Counted from the stretch's first letter, positions 1 to 10,576 are shown. The stretch is DNA of 64,000 bases from an uncultured Chloroflexia bacterium (GCA_963698765.1 CAVOSB010000037.1:90993-154992), one strand, 5' to 3'. Notes: a model not told the origin generated them from the sequence alone. Program-made: numbers and translations.

Positions 1-357
1 TCCCTGTTCTACAGTCATTAGTAATACATCTGCGGTAAATGGCTTGGCAATAAAACCATACGCTCCGCGTTTGATGGCCTCGACTGCCAGCTCCACTGTC
101 GCATAACCAGTGATGATCACGCAGACTATTTCCGGGTCATTTTTAAGAAGAGGTGCTAATAAATCGACCCCCCGGCCATCAGGCATCATCACATCGATCA
201 ATGCCAGGTCATAGCGTCCAGCACCGATTTTCTCCAATGCTTCCTTGAAGCTGGAGATTGTCTCTACCTCGAACCCATGCGGTTCCAAGGCACGTCTGCA
301 TCCCTGGCGAATACCAAGCTCGTCATCGACAACTAAAACCGTGGCTTTCGAATCCAT
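1..357 (-). CDS. response regulator, receiver domain (C-terminal part outside window)
   Basis: Not in the ORF track because it runs off the window. Hand translation from ATG at 355-357 gives MDSKATVLVVDDELGIRQG...LALIDVMMPDGRG...ITGYATVELAVEAIKRGAYGFIAKPF, a CheY-like receiver. It starts 2 nt after the stop of the upstream kinase. Confidence 0.8.
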   Translation of the reverse strand, partial: MDSKATVLVVDDELGIRQGCRRALEPHGFEVETISSFKEALEKIGAGRYDLALIDVMMPDGRGVDLLAPLLKNDPEIVCVIITGYATVELAVEAIKRGAYGFIAKPFTADVLLMTVEQG

Positions 358-359
358 TT

Positions 360-2360
360 TTAGTTAGCTAACTGATCAATTCTACTGTTCCGTTTTGCGA
401 TCCGGAAATCGTGCTTTTGAGGGCGGACTGGTAAAGTGATAGTAAAAGTCGTACCCTCATTCGCTTTGCTCTCAGCTGAAATCTGCCCGCGGTGCATCTT
501 TATTATGCCATATACAATAGAAAGACCCAATCCGGTTCCTTTGCCTGGTGGCTTGGTGGTGAAGAATGGGGTAAACAATTTCTTCATATTCTCTTTGGGA
601 ATACCACAACCCGTGTCAGAGATTTTAATTTCTACCCAGGCAGGATCGACCACCCGCGTGATGATCTCAATTAACCCGCAGCCCTCTACTGCCTCAGCTG
701 CGTTATCAAGCAAATTGATGAAAACTTGCTTCAGCTGATCTGGATCTGCCTGAATGGTCGGGAGATCAGGATCATAATCTCGCTTGATCTCGATCCCTTC
801 AAAATCAGGTTTAAGTCGTAATGATTTAATCACCCGCTCGATCAAGTCATGCAGGTCGGTATCTTTGGAGAGCACATCCTGCTGTCGGGCAAAATTCAAC
901 AGGTCAGCCACAATGGCTTTGCATCGTGTGGCTTCCTGGATTATTAATTGCAGATCTTCGCGCTTTGGATCATCTTGGGGAGTTTCCTTAAGCAATATAT
1001 CTGAGAATAAAAGAATCGTTCCCAAAGGATTGTTCAGCTCGTGCGCTACTCCAGCTGCCAGCTGACCCATTGACGCCAGATTTTCTTTATGCATCAGCTC
1101 TTGTTGAGTCCGATGAAGAGTCTCAACCATTGAGTTAAATGAATGCTCCAATACGGCAAGCTCACCGCTTCCATCTTCACTCACCCGGACTGTCATATCA
1201 CCCTTGGCAAGCATTCGGTTTGCGTCCACCAGGGAAATGATTGGCCTGGTAATATAGCGAGCAATCGGTATGGCGATAATGGCAGCCAGGGCGATCGTAA
1301 GAAATGCAATCAGAACCACTTGTTGCCGGAAATTATCTAATAATGCCTGATAACCAGATTTCCTCGCGCCAACATAAATGATCCCTATGACCTCATCTTT
1401 GAAATTAAGAAGTGGTTTGTAGCTGGTGATAAAAGTATCATTGACGACAAAAGCTTCACCAATATAATCCTGCTTGTCACGCAGAACCACATTAAAGACC
1501 TCTTCTGAAAGCCGGGTGCCAATCGCACGCAATCCTTCTTTCGTCATAACATTGGTCGAGACACGTAAATCACCAAAGAAGATGGTTACGGTATCGACCC
1601 CCGCAACCTGCTTGATGCGATCGACCAGTGTGAAATCGTTGTTGAACAGGTACATAGCCAGTGCTGAACCGAGTATCTTTCCATCTCCACCTTTAATCGG
1701 CGCTACACCGACGAGAGCCAGCCCTGCTTCGCCTTCACGCGCATCGAAGGGCTTTTCAACAGCTAATGGTGTATCAACCAGCTCGATTTTGGCCTGGGTG
1801 TCTAGTCCAACGGTAGCTAGTTGTTCCACCGGGATCACATCGGTGGCTGAAATCGATTTACCCGTTCGCATTGCTTCCTTGACAATCGGCAAATCTCCCC
1901 AATACCCACTCTTAAGAATTGGAGACATCTCTCCATTTGATGATAGGGTCCTGCCTGCAACAATATTTCCTTCTTCGTCGAGCACAGCAATCAGGTGAGT
2001 ACCACCTAAAGCGAGCACAGTTATTTTATTCGTGATCTGTTGATCGATAATCTCCAGTGCTCGTGAATTTCCTTTAATTGCTAAGGGCAGATTATTTACC
2101 ACCCATTTATCCAGAACCAAGCGGTAACTGATGGCAGCTATCTCATCCAAGTTCAGGTTGTAGAAAGCGTTAGCCAGATCCATGTCACGGGAGACACGTT
2201 CGGATTCTGCGGCTGAAAGGTACTGGCTGATGACATGTGAAGTTATTCCAGAGCCAAATAAAACTGTGAATGCTGTCATCAAGGTGAAACTGATGATCAG
2301 GATTAACTGCAAGCGCCCACCCACAAGCAGCTTTAGAAGGGCTTCGAGGCGAGTGATCAA
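360..2360 (-). CDS. membrane sensor histidine kinase (extracellular Cache-like domain, HAMP, HisKA, HATPase)
   Basis: 666-aa ORF. It has an N-terminal TM helix, a large sensor region, a second TM helix and a HAMP-like segment (RPIISLVDANRMLAKGDMTVRV). The H-box is GVAHELNNPLG and the ATPase shows N/G boxes (LLDNAAEA, DTGCGIP, GTGLGLSIV). Confidence 0.85.
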   Translation of the reverse strand: MITRLEALLKLLVGGRLQLILIISFTLMTAFTVLFGSGITSHVISQYLSAAESERVSRDMDLANAFYNLNLDEIAAISYRLVLDKWVVNNLPLAIKGNSRALEIIDQQITNKITVLALGGTHLIAVLDEEGNIVAGRTLSSNGEMSPILKSGYWGDLPIVKEAMRTGKSISATDVIPVEQLATVGLDTQAKIELVDTPLAVEKPFDAREGEAGLALVGVAPIKGGDGKILGSALAMYLFNNDFTLVDRIKQVAGVDTVTIFFGDLRVSTNVMTKEGLRAIGTRLSEEVFNVVLRDKQDYIGEAFVVNDTFITSYKPLLNFKDEVIGIIYVGARKSGYQALLDNFRQQVVLIAFLTIALAAIIAIPIARYITRPIISLVDANRMLAKGDMTVRVSEDGSGELAVLEHSFNSMVETLHRTQQELMHKENLASMGQLAAGVAHELNNPLGTILLFSDILLKETPQDDPKREDLQLIIQEATRCKAIVADLLNFARQQDVLSKDTDLHDLIERVIKSLRLKPDFEGIEIKRDYDPDLPTIQADPDQLKQVFINLLDNAAEAVEGCGLIEIITRVVDPAWVEIKISDTGCGIPKENMKKLFTPFFTTKPPGKGTGLGLSIVYGIIKMHRGQISAESKANEGTTFTITLPVRPQKHDFRIAKRNSRIDQLAN

Positions 2361-2474
2361 AAAGTCACATTCCGCAGTCGCAAGAATAAAAAACCACAGA
2401 AAATCCCGAGACCACAGAGCGAAATTCCCTGCGTTATCCCGGTCCCTCTGTGGTTTTTATAGTTAGATCTGGTT

Positions 2475-2879
2475 TTAGACCTTTTCTTTACTGAGCAGAT
2501 AATCTACTTTCTTTACCAGGTCATCCGGATCAATGGGTTTATCGACGAATAACTCAACCGGCAGGTAATCGATATCCGGTTCAAAGCGAAGCGGAGTGGT
2601 GCTGTGAATGGCCGTCAGCATCAGGATCGGGATGCCTTTAAAATCTGCGAATTCTGAAGTTGGATCAGGGCTATGCAGTTTCAAGGCCATCTGGAAACCT
2701 TCCGTTTTAGTCTCCATCATCACATCCAGGATGATCAAGTCTGGACGGTCTTGCTTGATCATTTCCAAACCCTGTTTTCCGCTCTTAGCCTCAAATACCT
2801 GGTGCTTGGCATTTTCCAGGCACAATCTAGCTGCCAGCAGAATGTCTGGATCATCGTCGACGATCAATATTTTAGCCAT
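2475..2879 (-). CDS. single-domain response regulator
   Basis: 134-aa ORF: MAKILIVDDDPDIL...DLIILDVMM...DKP. Receiver fold only, with no output domain. Confidence 0.85.
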   Translation of the reverse strand: MAKILIVDDDPDILLAARLCLENAKHQVFEAKSGKQGLEMIKQDRPDLIILDVMMETKTEGFQMALKLHSPDPTSEFADFKGIPILMLTAIHSTTPLRFEPDIDYLPVELFVDKPIDPDDLVKKVDYLLSKEKV

Positions 2880-2896
2880 TTTTGTGTCCTTTCTTT

Positions 2897-3430
2897 TTAT
2901 ACATGTGATTCGGTAAGCTTAAACTGCGCAAATATATTATTTGGTGCAGGATCTTCTTCTGTCTGGGTCAATTCTAATTCAAATTGTATCGCTTTGCAGA
3001 CCTCCGTCACCGTACTGATTACTGGAGCGCTCAATCCTCGATGATATTCAATATTCTGGGGTTGGATGCCGAAGATCACAATTTCCTCCGGCAATGTGCC
3101 AAGAATTCTGCTCAGTGTAATTGCCTGGATAATCCCCAGCCCATGCGAGTTTTCCTGGTCACCTTCGGAGAGAATTTCGCTAATGTTGTCATTTACCAAA
3201 ATTCGGCGCCATTCTCCAGGCAGAAGCCCCATATTGGCAGCATCCACGATAATCACCTTTTCGAAATCAGGCCTCATCAGAATTGTCGACAGATCAGCTG
3301 TACCACAATCCATAATATCCACTCCTGTCGGAAGCGAATACGATATGCGAAGCCTTGCGGTGATGGCCTTTCCGACACCATCATCTCCACGTAGCTCGCT
3401 TCCAATGGAGAGGACCAGGGTTCTAGACAA
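2897..3430 (-). CDS. [NiFe]-hydrogenase maturation endopeptidase (HoxW/HycI/HyaD family)
   Basis: 177-aa ORF with the N-terminal LVLSIGSELRGDDGVG signature. It overlaps the stop of the hydrogenase large subunit by 8 nt. Confidence 0.8.
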   Translation of the reverse strand: MSRTLVLSIGSELRGDDGVGKAITARLRISYSLPTGVDIMDCGTADLSTILMRPDFEKVIIVDAANMGLLPGEWRRILVNDNISEILSEGDQENSHGLGIIQAITLSRILGTLPEEIVIFGIQPQNIEYHRGLSAPVISTVTEVCKAIQFELELTQTEEDPAPNNIFAQFKLTESHV

Positions 3431-4725
3431 ACTTCACCTTCAACATATGGGCCGAGCAGGAAATGCAGGGATCATACGCACGCACTAACATTTCCAGTTG
3501 TTGGGAGATGTGCTCTTGGGAAGTATTCAGGATAACAGGAACCAGACTCCGCATGTCAGCCTCAATATTCGCCAGGTTCTGTCCTGTAGGGATTATGCAG
3601 TTAGCTTCAGTGATGTATCCGCTTTTTATTGAATAATCGTGGAATAAGATGCCACGCGGCGCCTCACAGGCTCCTGCACCTTCTCCTGAGTATCGCTGGG
3701 GTGGTGTGGGCTCTTCCCAACGGATCCCGGCGTCCAATAATCGATCAATGATCTGGATCGCGTCTTCCACGCAGTGTACAATCTCCACCACCTGTGCAGC
3801 TGTGTTCAGGTAAGGATTGGTACATTTCGGTTTTATATCCAGGGCACTGGCAGCGGCTCTTGCTTTCGGATGCAGCTGGTTAAAATTTAATATTAAAACG
3901 TGCGAGAGCGCCAACCATATAAGATTGACGTTGGTTCCGGGCGTGTTTGGCGGAAGAGTGCTGCTGCTGATATTCGTTGGTGATATTCCGGTAATCCTCA
4001 ATTGGCCACAATCCACCATCGGTACTCTTGATCTGCCCGTCGATGAAACAATACTCGTCATCTTTCCATAACGCAATATATTCAGTGTCCCGTTCGAAAT
4101 CCGGGAATTTTAATCCCTGGAATAATTCGACGGTGGCGTCCAGGTCAATATCCATTGCCTGTAACCGGTCTTTGAGCTGCAGCAGCTGGTCTTTCTCAGG
4201 GAAATGGCTGAAACCACCGATCGTCATTCCGACAGGGTGTGTATGTCGCCCGCAGATAGCTGCACAAATATCACCTGCCAGCTGTTTCATCCGCAAGGCG
4301 CGCAGTACAACGTCGGGGGCGGTTTTGGCCAAAGGAATAACCGATCCAACACCCAAAAAGTCTGGAGCTACCAGCATATACGCATGCAGGACATGACTAT
4401 CCAGCATCTCCCCGTGGTAATTTAACTTCCTCAATAACTCAGTCTGCTGGCTGAGTTTTACATCCAGAGCCTTCTCAACGGCTCGATGAGAAGTCGTGGA
4501 ATGAGCTACTGCGCATATACCGCAGATTCGTGATGCCAACGTCGGCGCCTGCGTGTACGGCTGGCCGCGCAGCATCGCCTCAAAAAAGCGCGGTGATTCA
4601 ATGACTTCTAAATCGCATTGTTCCAGAATGCCATTTCTCGCGTTGACAACAATATTCCCATGTCCCTCGACGCGGGTTATATAGTGGATATTGATATCAA
4701 GGTCTTTCGTTCGTGATTTTGCCAT
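3423..4725 (-). pseudogene. group 3b [NiFe]-hydrogenase large (alpha) subunit, one frame break near 3887
   Basis: ORF 3880-4725 carries the N-terminal Ni-ligand motif RICGICAVAH. ORF 3423-4076 carries the C-terminal DPCISCSAH. The halves join as ...GALARFNI/NFNQLHPKA... if one A is removed from the run at about 3885-3890. Confidence 0.85.
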
Positions 4726-4774
4726 GTGTTCCTGTTCTCCTTCAGCTCCCGGTTTCGTTCTTCATCTCATAACT

Positions 4775-5543
4775 CTACGCTACATCAGAGGAGGATAATC
4801 CGGTGAACTGGTAAGATTGGAATAGCTTCATTTTTTCTGCAAACGCAGTCTCTGGCACGCCATGTTCATGCAGAGCTACCTTCAACCAGCCAATATTGGC
4901 ATCTGGCAGTAGACCGCGGCAGCCATCGCAACCAGAACCGTTTGCCGGGCAAATTGCGTTGCACCCAGCTCGAGTGATCGAACCCAGGCAAGCTTTTCCA
5001 TGTTCTACCACGCATGAATTCTCGCTGAGTTTGCATTCCACGCATACAGCGTAATCTGGCAGGCGGATTGGCCGGCCTCGCACCAGGGCTTTTGCAATGC
5101 GCACGAATTCATTCCTGTCGATCGGGCAGCCGGGAATGAATCCATCTATCTTAATTACCGCTTCGATCGGGCGTGGTGAATAAACATTAAACCGTTTTCC
5201 CATTTCACCGTACACATATTGCACGACGTGATCCTGAGACTGCCAGATGCGAATGGTATTTACCCCTCCAAGATGGGCACAGGCGCCGAGAGCAAAGACA
5301 AGCTGCGCTTGGCTGCGGATCGCTCTTAATCGTTCTTCATCCTGTTCTCGTGTGCATGATCCTTCGATAAATGCCACCTGGTAATCTTCGCTTTTTTCGC
5401 TCATTGCCTCGCGAAATTGGACAATTTCGACAGCATCCAAGAGGTCTGGATATGTCTGCAGCGCGTCGACAATCGTTAAACTGGCAACCTTCACAACTGG
5501 CAAAGTCAAAGAAGGCGATTTTTGGTTTACCATTCTCACTCAT
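4775..5543 (-). pseudogene. group 3b [NiFe]-hydrogenase small (delta) subunit, one frame break at 5478-5480
   Basis: The N-terminus MSENGKPKIAFFDFASCEGCQ lies in the frame of ORF 5337-5585. The rest (LTIVDALQ...FIEGSC...ALGACAHLGG...IPGCP) lies in ORF 4775-5539. Removing one base from the T3/A3 run restores CEGCQLTIVDAL. The ATG at 5541-5543 overlaps the upstream stop (ATGA). Confidence 0.8.
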
Positions 5544-6391
5544 AGGCCTTCCTCCAGGGTCTTTAATTGCGCATAGGTGAAACAAGGTCCATCCTTGCAG
5601 GTGTACTCGTGATTAATCTGGCAGTGCCCGCACTTGCCGATCCCGCATTTCATTCGCCTTTCCATATCGAGATATATATTTCCTTCGCGAATGCCCATTC
5701 CGATCAATTCTGTCACTACAAACCGGTACATCACCTGAGGACCGCAGGTGAATGACACCGTGTTGGGAGCATAGACCTGAATTTTGGGGAAGAGAGTGGT
5801 GATTACTCCGACATTTCCCTTCCAGTTCTCATCCCCACGATCCACGGTTACGAGCAATTCCACATCTTCACGCTCTTCCCACTCCTGGAGTTCTTCTTTG
5901 AAAAGCAGCTCCGATGGATTGCGCGCGCCGTAAAGTATGATCACCCGTCCATAATTGCTGCGATCATCCAGAACCTGGTTGATCAGGGATCTCAATGGGG
6001 GAAGGCCAATGCCCCCAGGGGTAAAAAGCATGTCTTTACCGCGAAATCTCTCGTAAGGGAAGCCGTGTCCGAATGGTCCGCGCACACCCAGAGTATCTCC
6101 GGGCTGCAGTTTGTGCATCACACCGGTAAAATCACCGGCTTTGCGAACGCACATTTGAAAAGAGCCGTTTGTCCGGCTGGGGGAAGACGAAATGCTGATC
6201 GGAGCTTCGCCCACACCCATTATCGATACTTGCAGGAACTGGCCAGGCCTGTGGTTCAAATTTATCCCTGCAGGGAGATCGATGGTAAAGAGCTTCGTTA
6301 ATTCGTTCATTTGATGGATATCCCGGATTCTTGCCTGGATGGGCAGGTAAACTGAGGTTTCCATCAATGCGTCTTTTAACCCTGCGATCAT
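5540..6391 (-). CDS. group 3b hydrogenase gamma subunit (FAD/NAD(P)-binding oxidoreductase with C-terminal 2Fe-2S motif)
   Basis: Ferredoxin-NADP-reductase-like sequence: RPGQFLQVS, GDTLGVRGPFG, PGGIGLPPL. The C-terminal cluster motif is CGIGKCGHCQ. I chose the start at MIAGLK (6391) because it gives an ATGA overlap with the beta subunit stop. Confidence 0.8.
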   Translation of the reverse strand: MIAGLKDALMETSVYLPIQARIRDIHQMNELTKLFTIDLPAGINLNHRPGQFLQVSIMGVGEAPISISSSPSRTNGSFQMCVRKAGDFTGVMHKLQPGDTLGVRGPFGHGFPYERFRGKDMLFTPGGIGLPPLRSLINQVLDDRSNYGRVIILYGARNPSELLFKEELQEWEEREDVELLVTVDRGDENWKGNVGVITTLFPKIQVYAPNTVSFTCGPQVMYRFVVTELIGMGIREGNIYLDMERRMKCGIGKCGHCQINHEYTCKDGPCFTYAQLKTLEEGL

Positions 6392-7452
6392 TGTGCAACC
6401 GCCTCCTGACGGGTGTGCTTGGCTGCTACCCGCCGGTGAAATAGTTTGTTCAATGTGTCTACCGGTGTAATATCGACCAGGCATGCAGACGAACACCGCC
6501 CACACCCGACACAACCTAACAGGCTGGGTGCGAAGGATTGGTATTTATATTTCCTGAAGAAGCGGTGGCGCTGTCTGTTTGCCTGCCCAGGCCTGAAATC
6601 ATGCCCACCAGCCACACTGGCGAACTGGTTGAGCTGGCATGAATCCCAGACCCGGCAGCGATTACCGGAATTCCCGGCGAAATCTGCCTCATCTACCATA
6701 TCAAAACAATAACAGGTCGGGCAAACCAGCGTACAGGATCCGCACCCCAAACAACGCTTTCCAAGGTCTTCCCAGATGGGTGATTTATAACTTGAGCCCA
6801 TCAATCCAGGCAGCTCTGTGATATCGGCGTGCAGATGGTATGTGAAACGTGGCCATTTATTGCGTAAAACCCGATTCAGCTGCTTTTCATCCTTATCCGC
6901 AGCCATATGCACTCGCTCGATTCCATTCAGTAATTTCTCTCCATATTCGGATCCCACATTCAACGCATAGGCGTCTCCGATGTCCACCATGTGGAGGTCG
7001 AGTTCAGCCGGGGCAGTATAAGTGCCCATATCTTTGCAAAATGAGTATTCGGTGCATGGTTCCAGGCACTCGATGCTTACGATGACGGTGTTTTTTCGGC
7101 GGCTGAAGTAATGCTGGTCCGCGTAATCGCGTTGAAATACGGTATCCAGGAAGTTGATGGCATGCAAATCGCAGGTATGCACGCCAAACAATACAGTTGG
7201 CGTATCATCAATCACTGCTTCAGTGCGATTTTCCGAATTATTGAAGGTCATTAATTCTTCGTATTGCGGTGAAAGTGCCTTCTTGGGTGGCAGGATAGTC
7301 GTGCGATATCCTAAATCCATCTCGGAAAATGAGGTCACTTCCTTGAACGCAAAATGTTGTTGAACCGGCGCAGGTCCTATGACGCGATATTCTTGATGTA
7401 GCTTTTCTATCCAGTTTGGTAATTCGGTTTTTGGTATGATTTTCAATGTCAT
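6388..7452 (-). CDS. group 3b hydrogenase beta subunit (4Fe-4S protein, anaerobic sulfite reductase subunit A-like)
   Basis: 354-aa ORF with CLGCGSCTLVCPTCYCF and CVGCGRCSSAC cluster motifs. The beta-gamma-delta-alpha order is typical of sulfhydrogenase-type group 3b enzymes. Confidence 0.8.
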   Translation of the reverse strand: MTLKIIPKTELPNWIEKLHQEYRVIGPAPVQQHFAFKEVTSFSEMDLGYRTTILPPKKALSPQYEELMTFNNSENRTEAVIDDTPTVLFGVHTCDLHAINFLDTVFQRDYADQHYFSRRKNTVIVSIECLEPCTEYSFCKDMGTYTAPAELDLHMVDIGDAYALNVGSEYGEKLLNGIERVHMAADKDEKQLNRVLRNKWPRFTYHLHADITELPGLMGSSYKSPIWEDLGKRCLGCGSCTLVCPTCYCFDMVDEADFAGNSGNRCRVWDSCQLNQFASVAGGHDFRPGQANRQRHRFFRKYKYQSFAPSLLGCVGCGRCSSACLVDITPVDTLNKLFHRRVAAKHTRQEAVAQ

Positions 7453-7571
7453 GACTGGAACGCTCCTTTCGCCTGAATTAGTTTCTGCTTTGAAAGACCA
7501 TTTTCCAGGCGAGGATTTCTTCAGATTTCTTCTTTGTTTTCTTATTTACCATATGAACAAACCGCAAAAAA

Positions 7572-7994
7572 CTATTCTGAAGCCGGCTCGGGTTCTGGCT
7601 CAGGCAGACCTTCCTGGACGATGATAACGTCATTCGGGTCCCCAAAATACACAACCAATGGATCTCTATTCAGTGCTGCCAGCTCCCAGACATCCTTCTG
7701 CATGGAGAGGCAGTCCTGGTTGCAGGAATGCACACATTGGGCGCAAAAAGTGCATTGATCGATATGGTATTCCATCACAAAACGTTTGGCTTTCTTGTCG
7801 AGCACATGCATCTTGATAGCAGCTGCCGGGCAATCGGTCCCGCACATCCCGCACCCAGTGCATTTCTCGGAATCCCAGTGCAGGTGCCCTCTCAGCCGTT
7901 CCGGAGTCTCGAAACGCTCGAAAGGATATTTTTGCGTAATATTTCTGCGAAAAAACGAATGGGTTACATCTGAAAGCATTGTCCCAAGTTTCAT
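7572..7994 (-). CDS. group 4 hydrogenase 2x[4Fe-4S] ferredoxin subunit (NuoI/MbhN/HycF-like)
   Basis: C-terminal 140 aa of the 447-aa ORF, starting at MKLGTML. Motifs are CTGCGMCGTDCP and CTFCAQCVHSCN, with an acidic PEPEPEP tail. The ATG at 7992-7994 overlaps the restored stop of the NuoH-like gene. Confidence 0.8.
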   Translation of the reverse strand: MKLGTMLSDVTHSFFRRNITQKYPFERFETPERLRGHLHWDSEKCTGCGMCGTDCPAAAIKMHVLDKKAKRFVMEYHIDQCTFCAQCVHSCNQDCLSMQKDVWELAALNRDPLVVYFGDPNDVIIVQEGLPEPEPEPASE

Positions 7995-8915
7995 AGTGTT
8001 AACCTCTGACCCAAGAACATGAATAACCACTGAACTAAAACCAACAGGGCGCCGTAACGCCACCAGATGCCGACCGTCTGATCGATGCGCAAGCGCGATA
8101 GGACTGCCTGGAGGACGGCTACGATTACCAGCAAAGCCAGAGTTTTTGCCAGGAACAGTAAGAGGATTCGACACTCCGCCCAAATAGAAGGCTGCCACCA
8201 GGGTCAGTCCCACTACCATCTCAACGCCTTTACCCAGGCGAAAAAGAGCCAACCCTCGACCGCTGTATTCGGTTAAAGCGCCAGCCACAATCTCGGTTTC
8301 CGCTTCGGGAGCATCGAATGGTGGCAGCTCCAGCTTACCCATCAGCCCGATGATCACTACGATAAAACCTATCGGCTGGGTGAAAATCAACCAATGGGAC
8401 TCGGTGTAGGCCGTAATCTTATCAATCTGCCAGCTTCCAGCTACGAGCGCAGGACCCAGCAGCGCCAACATAAAAGGCGCTTCATAAGAGAATAGTTGAG
8501 TGAATGTCCTTGTGGCTCCCAGCACCGAGAAGCGATCCATGGTGTTCGAGCCAGCCAGGCCCATGCAAAGGGTCAGTAAACTGAGCAGGTACAGCGTCAC
8601 AATCAAATCGCCAGTGAAGTTGAAGGCAGGTTTGATCCCCATGATTGGTACATACAGCGCAGCGGTCAGACCACCAGCCAGCGCAGCGATGGGCAGCCAG
8701 ACGAATAACCACTTATTCGATCCATCTGGGATTACTTCTTCTTTACCCATAAGTTTCACTATATCGGCGATCGGCTGAAACCAGCGTGGACCGATCCGGT
8801 TCTGAAGCTGCGCTAATAATTTCCGGTCAACCCACTCGTACAGGAGACCCGCCAGAAGCAAAAACAATCCACCCGGAAAGATAAGCAACCTAAGGAAATC
8901 TAGAAGAATCTCCAT
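7991..8915 (-). pseudogene. group 4 hydrogenase membrane subunit (NuoH/MbhM/HycD-like), frame break near 8170
   Basis: The N-terminal part is family-typical (LQNRIGP, EAETEIVAGALTEYSG). After FYLGG the track frame becomes nonsense. The alternative frame reads RILLLFLAKTLALLVIVAVLQAVLSRLRIDQTVGIWWRYGALLVLVQWLFMFLGQRLTL, ending in a TGA that overlaps the next ATG. Confidence 0.8.
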
Positions 8916-8918
8916 ATC

Positions 8919-10070
8919 TCACCGTCTGCTTTCAATCGTTTCGATTTTTCGATTGTCGCGAACTATGACCATCCGGTCATTGCAGGAGAAACAGGGGTCG
9001 ATGCCTGCCAGGATCATCGGGACATCGGCAAGCTGGTGTCCGACAACCAGCTTTACCACTGTAGTCATGTTACAAATCGTCGGCGTGCGTACTTTTACTC
9101 GTTCTGGTTTATCGGTGCCATTACTTTTAACAAAATAGAATAACTCACCGCGCGGCGCTTCCACACGCATGGCATATTCGGCTGGTTTGATGCGCCTGGG
9201 CATTCTTACGCTCAATTCGCCTTCCGGGAGCCGGTCCAAAATTTCGCGCACCAAGCGGTAGCTCTCGAAAAGCTCTTTCACTCGCACGATGAAACGGGCT
9301 TCCAGGTCGCCAGCCTGCTCGATGATAAGATTTGGCCGGAATTCATCGTATGCACCATAAGGACTTTCGATGCGCACATCACGCGCAACGCCTGACGCTC
9401 TGGCAGTAGGTCCAACCGCACCCATGACTTCTGCCTGCCTTTGAGTCATTTTCCCAACACCACGGGTTCGCTGCAAAAAGAAAGCATCGGTTGTGACAAT
9501 ATTCAGGTAGTGTTGCGTGCGTTCTTCAAGGATATCGAGGCCTTTTAATATGCCGGTTTTTTGTTCGCCATCCACATCAATCTTGACACCTCCCAGCAGG
9601 TTGGTGGAGTAATTCACCCGGTTGCCGGTCAGTTTTTCCAGGATATCCATGATGGTTTCACGGTCCCGCCAGCTGTACATGAATAAGGTGTCAAATCCCG
9701 CTTCATGGGCCGCCACACCGATCCAAAGCAGGTGGCTGTGAATGCGTTCCAGCTCGGATACCAATACACGAATGGCCTGAGCCCTGGGAGGTGCCTGGAT
9801 ATTCGCCAGATGTTCGACTGCCAAGCAATATGCTGTGGCATGGATATGAGAGCAAATTCCGCAAATTCTTTCAACCAGGTAAATATTCTGAATCCAATTA
9901 CGCTCTTCAGCGGCTTTTTCAATGCCTCGATGGGCGTAACCTAAGCGAACGGCTGCGTTCGTGACAATTTCACCATCCACGGTGAATTGAAAATTTCCGG
10001 GTTCCTTCAACGCCGGATGCTGTGGACCAACCGTAACTTCAAAAGGTTTACGTTCGATGATTTCCTCCAT
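8919..10070 (-). CDS. group 4 [NiFe]-hydrogenase large subunit (NuoD/MbhL/EchE-like) with intact Ni-Fe ligands
   Basis: Both CxxC pairs are present: RICGICSHIH near the N-terminus and DPCFSCNDR near the C-terminus, followed by a 17-aa tail. I placed the start at MEEIIERK (10070), which is preceded by GGTGGAG. Confidence 0.85.
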   Translation of the reverse strand: MEEIIERKPFEVTVGPQHPALKEPGNFQFTVDGEIVTNAAVRLGYAHRGIEKAAEERNWIQNIYLVERICGICSHIHATAYCLAVEHLANIQAPPRAQAIRVLVSELERIHSHLLWIGVAAHEAGFDTLFMYSWRDRETIMDILEKLTGNRVNYSTNLLGGVKIDVDGEQKTGILKGLDILEERTQHYLNIVTTDAFFLQRTRGVGKMTQRQAEVMGAVGPTARASGVARDVRIESPYGAYDEFRPNLIIEQAGDLEARFIVRVKELFESYRLVREILDRLPEGELSVRMPRRIKPAEYAMRVEAPRGELFYFVKSNGTDKPERVKVRTPTICNMTTVVKLVVGHQLADVPMILAGIDPCFSCNDRMVIVRDNRKIETIESRR

Positions 10071-10077
10071 GCTCCAC

Positions 10078-10545
10078 CTAATTATTCTGAAAAGCAATAC
10101 GAGGATCTACACCTTTTCTGAGAGGGTAGACTCCTTCCTTCCAGTCATCAGGGAGATACAGATGACCGGGATTTCGCAATCCAGCGATAGTGATGCCGTA
10201 CATCTCACACAGCTCACGCTCGAAGGATTCAGCACTGGGAATGATTTCCCATAGGCTTGGTACAGAGCCATTTAGTTTTGGTACCCGAAATCGAAGAATG
10301 ATCATCAGCTGTTCCACGCAGAAGTGGTACAGGATTTCCAGCTCTTCAGACTCGATACCAGGATCGAGACCCACGATCGCCGCAAGATACCCGAGCCTTT
10401 TCACACGCAATCCTACAACTGCTGGTACCAGGTCTTCGACCTGTTTCATATACACTTCAAGTCTAGTAGGATCGGGTGATTCGAATCTCTCTGCCCAATC
10501 ATCTAGCAGCAGGTGGACAGTCTCAAATGTATTTTCTGGATCCAT
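10078..10545 (-). CDS. group 4 hydrogenase NuoC/MbhK-like subunit
   Basis: 155-aa ORF with the NuoC-type C-terminal pattern PSLWEIIPSAESFERELCEMYGI...YPLRKG. Confidence 0.8.
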   Translation of the reverse strand: MDPENTFETVHLLLDDWAERFESPDPTRLEVYMKQVEDLVPAVVGLRVKRLGYLAAIVGLDPGIESEELEILYHFCVEQLMIILRFRVPKLNGSVPSLWEIIPSAESFERELCEMYGITIAGLRNPGHLYLPDDWKEGVYPLRKGVDPRIAFQNN

Positions 10546-10576
10546 ATGACTTCTCCAATCTCACTGCCGGTTTGGA

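Noticed and set aside
1474-1998. Long antisense ORFs opposite well-supported genes (1474-1998, 19308-19991, 35232-35666, 36271-36735, 41735-42103, 59393-59989 and similar).
   Set aside because: They are shadow ORFs. They have biased Ser/Arg/Pro-rich composition and no recognisable motifs, and each is fully contained within a convincing gene on the other strand.
2389-2458. Three copies of CCACAGA(G): two direct (2393-2399, 2412-2419) and one inverted (2446-2453). They could form alternative hairpins (attenuator/terminator) between the regulator and kinase genes.
   Set aside because: The loops would be 26-46 nt, and on the coding (minus) strand the U-tract is not adjacent to the shorter stem. 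I could not support a specific terminator or riboswitch call.
7575-7600. A short tandem GAACC/GGCTC-type repeat region.
   Set aside because: It simply encodes the PEPEPEP acidic tail of the ferredoxin subunit and is not a repeat element.
7572-8915. The single 447-aa ORF suggests a NuoH-NuoI fusion protein.
   Set aside because: The roughly 60 residues linking the two parts (NPLTVPGKNSGFAGNRSRPPGSP...) are non-membrane nonsense. A 1-nt shift near 8170 restores a canonical NuoH C-terminus ending in a TGA that overlaps the NuoI-like ATG. These are two genes joined by an indel.
3423-10070. Possible [NiFeSe] hydrogenase (TGA in the large-subunit C-terminal motif), given the selenocysteine candidate elsewhere.
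   Set aside because: Both large subunits encode plain cysteines in DPCISCSAH and DPCFSCNDR, with no in-frame TGA.
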